A stretch of 15,168 bases of DNA, taken from the NCBI GenBank assembly GCA_043813875.1, contig JBDRKP010000072.1, positions 1 through 15,168 on the forward strand. Reading direction: 5' to 3'. Below, piece after piece: positions 8,107 to 15,168 of this stretch. The notes under the pieces are model-generated. The model saw nothing but the letters and a program-made list of their open reading frames with translations. It ran no database searches and had not been told where the DNA came from. Both the position numbers and the translations under genes were made by a program. This DNA comes from an archaeon. GTDB lineage: Archaea > EX4484-52 > B79-G9. The first letter of the stretch is position 1. Each line of letters starts with the position of its first letter.

Positions 8107-8294
8107 TATAGTGAATTCAACAACTTTTGATGACTCATGGCACTAACTGTGCCAAGCTTTTGAGACAAGCTCAAAAATGTTGAATTCCCATATCTTTGCC
8201 AGTTCCTGGCAAGCTTTTGAGCTAAAGCTCAAAATAGTCAATTGAATTTGGTTTTCGGGTATGTTTTTGCTCAAAAGTAATTCAATTGACTATA
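8107..8294. mobile_element. MITE-like structured element, copy 3 (188 bp, more divergent)
   Basis: TATAGT (8107-8112)...ACTATA (8289-8294). GAATTCAACA (8113-8122) / TGTTGAATTC (8178-8187) is followed by CCATAT. Shares TCATGGCA..TGCCAAGCTTT with copies 1 and 2. Perfect 15-bp inverted repeat 8234-8248 / 8279-8293. Confidence 0.8.
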
Positions 8295-8322
8295 GTTCGA
8301 CTAAAATTATTGTTATGGCTGT

Positions 8323-9216
8323 CTATCGTTCCTGGAGGCGCTCTTCGGGCTTCAGTGTCGAGATCTCTATCCCTTTCATCGGCTCGCCGAGGTTCTTTGA
8401 GATCTGTGCCAGGATCTCGGGCTTGTCGTAGTTCTTTACTGCCTCGACCATGGCTTTTGCCAGTTTTTTCGGGTTCTGTGACTTGAATATGCCTGAGCCG
8501 ACGAATATGCCGTCGACGCCAAGGTCCATCATCATTGCGGCGTCTGCTACTGTCGCTATGCCGCCTGCTGCGAAGTTGACTACAGGGAGCCGGCCTAGTC
8601 CTGCCACTTCTTTTACGAGCTCGAATGGCACGCCGTATTCGTTCGCTTTTTTCCTGAGCTCTGTCTCGTCCTGCTTTATACCCACAAGGTATGCTATCTC
8701 TGAGTTCAGCTTTCTTGTGTGCCTTACTGCCTCTACGACGTTTCCTGTGCCTGCTTCGCCTTTCGTTCGGATCATCGCTGCGCCTTCGTTTATGCGGCGC
8801 AATGCCTCGCCGAGGTTCCTGCATCCGCATACGAACGGAATCTTGAACTTGCTTTTGTCTATGTGGTGCTCATCATCTGCCGGGGTGAGGACTTCTGATT
8901 CGTCTACCATGTCTGCGCCGAGGGCTTCAAGTATCTCTGCCTCTTTGAAATGGCCTATCCTTGCTTTTGCCATGACGGGTATTGTGACTGATTTTATTAT
9001 CTCTTCTATCTTTTCCGGGGCGGACATCCTTGCCACGCCGCCGTGGGCTCTTATGTCTGACGGGACGCGCTCAAGTGCCATGACGGCTACTGCGCCTGCA
9101 TCCTCTGCGAGCTTTGCCTCTGTTGCATTCGTCACGTCCATCACGACGCCGGATTTCACCATTTTCGCGAATCCGCGTTTGAGTGTATCTGTGCCTGTCT
9201 TCCTTGTGTCTGTCAT
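8323..9216 (-). CDS. pdxS: Pyridoxal 5'-phosphate synthase lyase subunit PdxS
   Basis: [87 protein letters not shown] 9216 is preceded by SD-like AGGTG. Confidence 0.96.
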   Translation of the reverse strand: MTDTRKTGTDTLKRGFAKMVKSGVVMDVTNATEAKLAEDAGAVAVMALERVPSDIRAHGGVARMSAPEKIEEIIKSVTIPVMAKARIGHFKEAEILEALGADMVDESEVLTPADDEHHIDKSKFKIPFVCGCRNLGEALRRINEGAAMIRTKGEAGTGNVVEAVRHTRKLNSEIAYLVGIKQDETELRKKANEYGVPFELVKEVAGLGRLPVVNFAAGGIATVADAAMMMDLGVDGIFVGSGIFKSQNPKKLAKAMVEAVKNYDKPEILAQISKNLGEPMKGIEISTLKPEERLQER

Positions 9217-9262
9217 GGTATTACACCTTTCGATTATTGTTTTTTTCATTTATGTCTTTGTA

Positions 9263-9381
9263 TGGGCCGAGGCAGATTTGAACTGCCGATCTTCGCCTTT
9301 CTTTCACGCAGGGAAAGAATTCAGCAAATTCTTATTTGCGTGATGTAAGGGCGACGTCATAACCAGCTAGACCACCGGCCC
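9263..9381 (-). tRNA. tRNA-Val(TAC) with a 45-nt intron (9299-9343) at position 37/38; CCA not encoded
   Basis: Minus strand: GGGCCGG-TG-GTCTAGCTGGTTATGAC-G-TCGCC-CT-TAC-A-[intron]-A-GGCGA-AGATC-GGCAG-TTCAAAT-CTGCC-TCGGCCC-A. All four arms pair; the intron helix is CACGCA/TGCGTG. Confidence 0.93.
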
Positions 9382-9485
9382 GTCAGGATTTGTTTTCTTT
9401 GGGAAAACCATGTGCGTGGTTTTGCCTCTAGTGGTTTAGTATTCCTTGAGATATTTTTATATTTGTTGCTGTTTTTTTAAGGTTT

Positions 9486-10565
9486 TTAGGGCATCCTGGT
9501 TATGATGGTGCGGGATGTGCTTTTTTTCTTGTCGATGTTCTCTATGATCGAGCTGATTTTCAAGAGCACTCCACCTATTATTATGGCATATATTATGTCC
9601 ATGTAGCCTGTGCCTGTCTTTAAAAGGTAGCTTGTTGTCGTGAAGATTATCAGGGCTATCGAGAATGTGATCGACAGGTATGTTATGTACTGGGGGAGTT
9701 TGCTTTTTTTCTGGCCCATGATGTTGCCCCATCCGAAGAAGAGGGCGGCGAAAAAGAAGAATATTATTGAGGTGTCTATGAACCTTAAGGTCGTGTATAA
9801 AATCTCTTCCTGCATTGCCGTAACTTTCGTGTAGCCGTTGAATGCGCCGATGATGAGGAATACAAGCCCTACGAGGTACATGAAGAATGATGATTTCCTG
9901 GTCCTGATCGATGTCACTAATTCTGTTGTTATCTTGTCTACAATGTTTTCGAGCTGGAAGCCTTTTATGAGCAGGTAGAAGCCGATTGTGCCTAGTATGA
10001 TCTTGCCGCCGGCTGCGCCGAAGAATGCGTAGATGAGGAGGGCGATCGCAGGGATGCCGAGAAAGAAGCGCGCTGCTTTCGGTTCGTTCAATATCTCTTT
10101 TGTTATGCTGTATATGACGTAGTATGTGTTCTCAAGTTCCGGGCTTTGTTTTATTATGACTTTTTTCGGGTAGACCATCTTTATTTTTGTCCTGAGGATT
10201 GGCATTATGTATTCGTCTTCTGCGCCGTCTGTTACAAGTATCGCTTCTTCGACGTTGTGTTTCTCGAGCACCATGTCGAGTTGTCTTGTCAGTTCGTGGT
10301 CGGATTCCATGCCGACGTGTCTGTCGCCTGTAAGGGTGACTATCTCTGCATTGTCTTTGTTTTTCAGTTCGTCGTATGTCTGCACTGCCTTGAAGATCGC
10401 GTTCAGGTCCGAGTCCCCGGGGTCGGCGAGCGCCAGTTTGTTTGCTGCTGCAAGGTTATCTTCGCGACCGATTACAGGTCCTTTCACATCTGCTTTTGAC
10501 CCGAGATCGTTGTCCCTGTCAATGCATATGACTAGTGTTGTTTTTTTTGCTGGTTTCTCAGACAT
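9486..10565 (-). CDS. DUF373 family archaeal membrane protein
   Basis: LVICIDRDNDLG, LALADPGDSDLNAIFKA, VTDGAEDE, IKQSPELENTYY, followed by several TM helices. Confidence 0.88.
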   Translation of the reverse strand: MSEKPAKKTTLVICIDRDNDLGSKADVKGPVIGREDNLAAANKLALADPGDSDLNAIFKAVQTYDELKNKDNAEIVTLTGDRHVGMESDHELTRQLDMVLEKHNVEEAILVTDGAEDEYIMPILRTKIKMVYPKKVIIKQSPELENTYYVIYSITKEILNEPKAARFFLGIPAIALLIYAFFGAAGGKIILGTIGFYLLIKGFQLENIVDKITTELVTSIRTRKSSFFMYLVGLVFLIIGAFNGYTKVTAMQEEILYTTLRFIDTSIIFFFFAALFFGWGNIMGQKKSKLPQYITYLSITFSIALIIFTTTSYLLKTGTGYMDIIYAIIIGGVLLKISSIIENIDKKKSTSRTIITRMP

Positions 10566-10632
10566 ATATAAACTTTATGGGTGTTAATTTTATTAACTCT
10601 ATGTTTTTTTAAGAAAGAGCTGCCAGGTGCTG

Positions 10633-10797
10633 TTATTCGTCCAGGATGTCGTGGAGCGTGTCGAGTGCCTGTTTGCATTTTGCGCATTGGAATATGCCTT
10701 CGAAACCATCGTAGAGGCGGCTTATGGGGATGTTGTTTGTGTGGCCGCATGCGTCGCATTCTACCTGAACGTGGGTTTCGCATTTTTTGGCTTGCAT
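10633..10797 (-). CDS. Small zinc-ribbon protein (54 aa, two CxxC); absent from the ORF track
   Basis: MQAKKCETHVQVECDACGHTNNIPISRLYDGFEGIFQCAKCKQALDTLHDILDE*. It fits the gap between map and DUF373 on the same strand, has A/C-ending codons like its neighbours, and a TATA-like TATTAAAA lies upstream. Confidence 0.75.
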   Translation of the reverse strand: MQAKKCETHVQVECDACGHTNNIPISRLYDGFEGIFQCAKCKQALDTLHDILDE

Positions 10798-10837
10798 GTT
10801 TGTGTATATTCAAAGATAGTTTTTAATAGGTTTTGAT

Positions 10838-11725
10838 TTATGCCGTCGTCACGATGGGCTTGTCGAAGACGAGGACGGTGTGCTCGGCCTGGGTGACTGT
10901 GCCTTTTCCTATCTCTTTCAATATGGGGTACTGGTGGAGCGCGCCTCTTTTTATGAGCTCTCTTATCGCCTGCTCGCGCATGAAGCCTTTCGGATCGGTT
11001 ATCCAGCGCTCTGCGAAGGGGAGGGTCTGGTACTTTTTTTCTATGTCTGTGATGAGTTTTCTTGCGGCCTGCATCCTTGTCGGCTTGTTTTGTATGAGGC
11101 GAAAGATTGTCGATTTTGAGCCGTCTCTTATTGCGCCGCTCCCGTCTGTCGCGAACGGTTCTATGGCTATCGCGTCGCCTTCTTTTAATGCGGCGTCTGA
11201 ATTTATCTTTATGTTTGGGATGCTTGTTCCTGTGTGGATTATGAATCGGCCCAGGTAGTGGCCGGACAGGTTCGATATCGGCTTGTAGCCGAAGCTTTTG
11301 ATTGTGTTCTCGATGGTCTCTCCGATTTCTGAGATTTTTGTGCCGGGTGTCGCTATTTTTATCGCGTTTTTCAGGGCATCTTCTGCTGCTTTTATCATGT
11401 CTTTTTTCTTGTCGTTGAAGCTGATTGTTGTTGCCGTGTCTGCTATGTAGCCGTCGATGTGGACGCCGATGTCTACTTTGATTATGTCATCCTGCTGGAA
11501 GGTGCGGGTGTCGTTCGGGAATGCGGTGTCGTGGGCTGCGATGTCGTTTGTCGATATGTTTGCCGGGAATGCGATCTTGCCGTTGTTTTCGGTTATTTCT
11601 GACTCTATCTTCGATGCGGCTTCTGTTATTGATGTGCCTTCTTTTATTATCTTTTTTGATTTCTCTATCGCTAGTTTCGCTATCTTTCCTGCCTGTATGT
11701 ATTTTTCTATTGTGTCTTTGTCCAT
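10838..11725 (-). CDS. map: Methionine aminopeptidase, type II (archaeal)
   Basis: AFPANIS..DIAAHDT, KVDIGVHIDGYIAD, NLSGH, IHTG, AIEPFAT, helical insert with LPFAERW, QAEHT. Confidence 0.96.
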   Translation of the reverse strand: MDKDTIEKYIQAGKIAKLAIEKSKKIIKEGTSITEAASKIESEITENNGKIAFPANISTNDIAAHDTAFPNDTRTFQQDDIIKVDIGVHIDGYIADTATTISFNDKKKDMIKAAEDALKNAIKIATPGTKISEIGETIENTIKSFGYKPISNLSGHYLGRFIIHTGTSIPNIKINSDAALKEGDAIAIEPFATDGSGAIRDGSKSTIFRLIQNKPTRMQAARKLITDIEKKYQTLPFAERWITDPKGFMREQAIRELIKRGALHQYPILKEIGKGTVTQAEHTVLVFDKPIVTTA

Positions 11726-11744
11726 TTTATCAACTCTGTCTCTT

Positions 11745-12329
11745 TTATATGTCCAGCCTGAAGCCGATGAGGTCCAGGGCGATTTTGAGGCCCGCGAGTT
11801 CTGATGTGATCTTTTTTTCTGCGAATGTTATCAGTATGATGTCGCCTTTTTTTGGGTTCAGCTGTTCTTTTATTGCTTTCGGGGGTTCTATGTCTATCTC
11901 TTTTTTGCCTATGAGTTCCAGGTTGTCATATTGCGCCATGCTGATGAGGCCGTCTGCGCCCATCTTTATCGCGCTGTCACGGAAGGTTACTGCGCCTGAG
12001 TCTGTTATGTTTTTTTCCGGGTTTCTGATTGTGTATCCTATGTTGTTGTCGTGCATCGTGTATGTTCTTATGTCGAGGATTTTGGGGTATGATATGCGGC
12101 TGTTTATCGATCCTGTCAGCTCTTTTCCTTTTTTTGTGAGCGTGTGGCCTAGAGTTGTTGTTTTTATGAGCTTTTTTGATCTTAAGGTTTTTAGCATTGT
12201 CCGTGTTGTTGATTCGCTTAGCTCCAGTGCTTTTGAGAGGGCTGAGCGGCCTTTTGGTTTTTGGTTGAGGGATCTTATGAGCATGATCAGGTGGGTTTCG
12301 TTGTAGGCGCTGCGTTTGTCTATTTTGAT
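11745..12329 (-). CDS. Winged-HTH protein, DUF4443/DUF2111-like; start uncertain
   Basis: PKGRSALSKALELSESTTRTMLKTL (HTH), GHTLTKKG (wing), RDSAIKMGADG, GDIILITFAE. The frame is open up to 12335 but the first ATG is at 12284. Confidence 0.7.
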   Translation of the reverse strand: MKIDKRSAYNETHLIMLIRSLNQKPKGRSALSKALELSESTTRTMLKTLRSKKLIKTTTLGHTLTKKGKELTGSINSRISYPKILDIRTYTMHDNNIGYTIRNPEKNITDSGAVTFRDSAIKMGADGLISMAQYDNLELIGKKEIDIEPPKAIKEQLNPKKGDIILITFAEKKITSELAGLKIALDLIGFRLDI

Positions 12330-12455
12330 TTGAATCTACCTTTTTTTTGTTGAGTTTTTGTGTCTAGTGTAATCTATCTTTCTTTCGAAATCTTTATATA
12401 CTATGATGAGCATAAATGTTTGTATATTTGTAGTGACTTATAACTGAAGAGAGGG

Positions 12456-12854
12456 ATGTTCATGATGAGAGACAGGAAAGGTATGACGATGGCTCTTGGG
12501 GTCATTATTGCGATTGTTGTATTGATTGTTGTTGCGCTTGCGGTCATTGCTGTATCAAGCGGCAGTGTAAATATATTCGGTAGAGATACCGGCGAGGCGA
12601 CTGAGAAGTCGGGCAGTAAGATTGTTGGTACTGCTTCTTGTACTGACTGCGGTTGGCGAGAGACTAAAGGGGCGGCAAGTCCTAGTGAGTTGGATGATAT
12701 ATTACATCGTAATCCTTATTATTGTGAGGATGCTAGTGCAGTGCAATATTGCTGTGACGATATCACTAAGACGCATTGTATTGTGAAATCTAACTGTGGT
12801 AACTCCTTTGATGATCGTACTGCTGCTGAAACAGATTGTGTTCAGCCAGTTTAG
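12456..12854 (+). CDS. Type IV pilin-like protein with class III signal peptide and Cys-rich C-terminus (8 Cys)
   Basis: MFMMRDRKG|MTMALGVIIAIVVLIVVALAVI: basic leader ending KG followed by a hydrophobic helix. Paralog of 13304-13573. Confidence 0.78.
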   Translation: MFMMRDRKGMTMALGVIIAIVVLIVVALAVIAVSSGSVNIFGRDTGEATEKSGSKIVGTASCTDCGWRETKGAASPSELDDILHRNPYYCEDASAVQYCCDDITKTHCIVKSNCGNSFDDRTAAETDCVQPV

Positions 12855-12858
12855 TGGC

Positions 12859-12910
12859 ATAGCACATGATTATGTGCTATCTCATCTATCTTTTTTTATA
12901 ATTTTATTTT
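12859..12910 (+). terminator. Putative terminator after pilin-like gene 1
   Basis: Perfect 9-bp stem ATAGCACAT-GATT-ATGTGCTAT (12859-12880) just after the stop, followed by T-tracts. Confidence 0.5.
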
Positions 12911-12943
12911 TATATTGCAAATGTTTTTGATGAAGGTTGTCAT

Positions 12944-13264
12944 ATGGTAAAAAAGGTCATAGGAATTGCTTCGATTGTATATTTTGTCTATATGTTTTTG
13001 CCTGTGTTCAGTCTCGGGCTTTCTGCCCTTATCACACCTTATTTCCTTCTGGGGCTGGCGTATCTTGTTGCGGGGTATCTGCTTTTGACTGACGGAAACG
13101 GGATGATTATTGCTGTCTGTGGCGTTGCTATCCTTTTGCGTCTGTTCTTGAATACTCTCGATTTATCTATCATCCTTACGCTGTTTCTTAATCCTATAGC
13201 TCTTCTTGGAGATATACTTCTGCCGCTTTCTATGGTGTATTATGGGTTCTTTGCGAATGAGTAA
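12944..13264 (+). CDS. Small hydrophobic membrane protein (about 4 TM), function unknown
   Basis: 106-aa ORF, almost entirely hydrophobic, with SD-like AAGGT upstream. Confidence 0.75.
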   Translation: MVKKVIGIASIVYFVYMFLPVFSLGLSALITPYFLLGLAYLVAGYLLLTDGNGMIIAVCGVAILLRLFLNTLDLSIILTLFLNPIALLGDILLPLSMVYYGFFANE

Positions 13265-13303
13265 GTAAGTAAGTATATATACTATTTATGGCAATTATGT
13301 TCT

Positions 13304-13573
13304 ATGTTTAGAACACATAGAAAAGGAATGCAAATGGCTCTTGGTGTGATTATCGCTATTGTTGTCCTGATTGTGGTCGCGCTTGCGGTGATTGTGATAG
13401 TTACCGGTAGCGTCGGGAATTTCGGTGCCAGTACCGGTGATGCTACGGAAAAAGCAGGTTTAGGTATCCAATGCCAGACTGAGCTTATTAATAAGTGCAG
13501 GGATATCAAGTCAGGGGATACATGTACGACATGCGACACAACTATATGTCCTACCGGCGTCAAGTGTCCTTGA
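13304..13573 (+). CDS. Type IV pilin-like protein with class III signal peptide and Cys-rich C-terminus (6 Cys)
   Basis: MFRTHRKG|MQMALGVIIAIVVLIVVALAVI; TATA-like TATATATA about 25 bp upstream. Confidence 0.78.
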   Translation: MFRTHRKGMQMALGVIIAIVVLIVVALAVIVIVTGSVGNFGASTGDATEKAGLGIQCQTELINKCRDIKSGDTCTTCDTTICPTGVKCP

Positions 13574-13599
13574 TGTGTTTCCTTTCGTTCTTTTCTTTT

Positions 13600-14622
13600 T
13601 TATGACCTTATTGCGCGGTAGAGTATGAATGTGCCTACAAGTATTATGATGACGGTCAGATAGTTGTATGGGCTTCTTTCTCCCGCGGCGTCTGCTGTGG
13701 CAAGACCTGTTATAGAATTGTCCTGGTCGGCAACTGTTTCGCTGGTATTGATTCTTATGGACGTGTTCTCTCTGCTGTCAGGTGATGTCATGTCTTCTCT
13801 CGGGCTGCCTTCCTCCTGGCTGCCTTCTGCCGGGATGTAGTTCCTGTTTATGTAGTTGCCGCTAAAGTCTGATGAATAGAGGTAATCTGATGATTTCTCT
13901 TCTGTGTCTTGGCTGGTTGTCTGGCTTGTTGTTGTTCCACTGTTGCCTGAATTGCCTGATGATGGATTTTGTTGCGGCGGGTTTTTCGGGATGATGTTTA
14001 AGATCTTCACTTTTATCTGAAATTCGCGTATCTGGCCGATTGATGCTGTCTTGCCGTTGTTTTGGTTCTTTTTGGTTTGCGTCTTTACCTGGAATATGAG
14101 ATCATATTCATCTTTTGAGTATGTGGGTTTGTCTGTGACTTTTATGTATAGTGATACTTTTTTTGCGGGTACGTATTGGTCTCCGTTTTTCCCTATGACA
14201 ATCCATGTCGTGTCTGTGTTTTTTGGCGGCACCTCTTGAGGGGCGCTTTTTTGGAGCTCGAGTTTCGGGTCTATTACAAGGAGGTCTCCTTTTTTTTGCA
14301 TGACGTATATCTGGAGGTCTTCTTTTGAGGAAGAGATTTCTATCGGGGTTATCTGTTCTATGGAGAGGTCTATGTCGCTTTCACCTGTGTTGAAGAAGGA
14401 GATGTCTATGAAGCCGTACTGGCCGGGGCTTAATTTCAGGCTGGTTTTGCTTATCGCGCTTCCAAGCGTCTGGTCGGTTGCGGCGTTGGCTGTCGATGCC
14501 ATGAGCAGTGCTGGCAGTATCGCAAATATTGCCAGGATCAGGAGATATGTGTGTTTTTTAGAGGCGGCTGTATGGCTATGATCCTTTTTTATTTTTTGGT
14601 GTGTTTGATGTATTTTTTTCAT
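13600..14622 (-). CDS. Secreted, C-terminally anchored surface protein (Ig-like domain, S/T/Q/P linker, ITG motif + TM)
   Basis: Signal-like YLLILAIFAILPALLMASTANA, beta-rich LKLSPGQ..ISFFNTG, low-complexity linker, SITGLAT, then LTVIIILVGTFILYRAIRS. Confidence 0.75.
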   Translation of the reverse strand: MKKIHQTHQKIKKDHSHTAASKKHTYLLILAIFAILPALLMASTANAATDQTLGSAISKTSLKLSPGQYGFIDISFFNTGESDIDLSIEQITPIEISSSKEDLQIYVMQKKGDLLVIDPKLELQKSAPQEVPPKNTDTTWIVIGKNGDQYVPAKKVSLYIKVTDKPTYSKDEYDLIFQVKTQTKKNQNNGKTASIGQIREFQIKVKILNIIPKNPPQQNPSSGNSGNSGTTTSQTTSQDTEEKSSDYLYSSDFSGNYINRNYIPAEGSQEEGSPREDMTSPDSRENTSIRINTSETVADQDNSITGLATADAAGERSPYNYLTVIIILVGTFILYRAIRS

Positions 14623-14626
14623 TTTA

Positions 14627-15168
14627 TCACGCTGTTGCGTTGACTTTTATCCAGACTGTGCCGTTGTAGCCGCCGACGTTTGATGATGTTCCGCGCGGGA
14701 TGTCGAGGAAGAGGACGAACTGTTTTGACTGACCGGAATAGAGGATTGTATCAAGCTGAGTGTAGTATTCCTGAAGCTCGTTTGCAGGGTCTGTGAGGCA
14801 TGCATTCGCTGAATTCGGGTTGGGGTAGTCTGTGAGGTTACCAGAGCATCTTGAGATGTTGTATGACGGGATGCGATAGGTTGAGGGGATGATTGATGTC
14901 ATGTTTGTCGCCATGAGCCAGATGCCGCTGGTTGCGTCTGATGAGGAAACTGATAGCGATACGGTCACTGCGCCTGAGGCTTGTGCGCCGTCAATTCCTG
15001 GGTCGATGTCGTTTTTTGCGGGCAGGGAGTTGTAGTTGTCGGCGGGGATTACCGGCGGGGTGTACCATGTGCTTATGGCGTTTGGCGTGACTGTGAGCGA
15101 TAATATGTATTTTATCTCGATTGTGGCATTCTGTGTTGTGTTGTCGGTTGATTGGGTGCCATCGAACA
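14627..15168 (-). CDS. Beta-rich putative surface protein, 5' end outside window
   Basis: Frame is open from 15166 (FDGTQSTDNTTQNATIEIKYILSLTVTPN...) to the stop at 14627, ending LFLDIPRGTSSNVGGYNGTVWIKVNATA. It has several N-x-S/T sequons and lies 4 bp from the next gene. Confidence 0.75.
   Translation of the reverse strand, partial: FDGTQSTDNTTQNATIEIKYILSLTVTPNAISTWYTPPVIPADNYNSLPAKNDIDPGIDGAQASGAVTVSLSVSSSDATSGIWLMATNMTSIIPSTYRIPSYNISRCSGNLTDYPNPNSANACLTDPANELQEYYTQLDTILYSGQSKQFVLFLDIPRGTSSNVGGYNGTVWIKVNATA

Noticed and set aside
580..8294. Repeats as a CRISPR array or integron attC sites
   Set aside because: No regularly spaced direct repeats with spacers, no RYYYAAC/GTTRRRY core-site arrangement, and no cas or integrase gene in the window.
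9263..9300. tRNA-Val 3' end as an integration site for the accessory region
   Set aside because: No duplicate of the tRNA 3' end and no integrase seen in the window, and pdxS lies directly downstream.
8450..9343. 297-aa + strand ORF
   Set aside because: Antisense shadow of pdxS that runs into the tRNA; no recognisable motifs.
13260..13275. AGTA x4 microsatellite at the membrane-protein stop
   Set aside because: Too short to support phase variation; it merges into a TATA-like promoter.

Overview
Archaeal DNA, probably from a DPANN-type lineage (inferred from the type II MetAP, DUF373, an intron-containing tRNA without encoded CCA, class III signal peptides, TATA-type promoters and an 'ITG'+TM surface protein). 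The left part (1-8294) looks accessory. It holds a Bro-N/antirepressor-like gene broken by a 67-nt hairpin insertion, an AAA_14/DUF4143 ATPase behind an operator-like array, a complete larE-larB-larC operon (nickel-pincer nucleotide biosynthesis), a decayed SAM-methyltransferase and a CPA2/Kef antiporter. The right part looks more core-like: pdxS, intron-containing tRNA-Val(TAC), DUF373, a small Zn-ribbon gene, map, an HTH gene, two Cys-rich pilin-like paralogs and surface proteins. The most striking feature is a three-copy non-coding element (580-903, 2712-2916, 8107-8294) bounded by TATAGT...ACTATA. Each end pairs with its own internal complement, these stems differ between copies by fully compensatory changes, and the interior is built from swappable hairpin modules. 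One copy demonstrably interrupts a 60-bp repeat whose uninterrupted paralog is also in the window, implying insertion at a TA with duplication.
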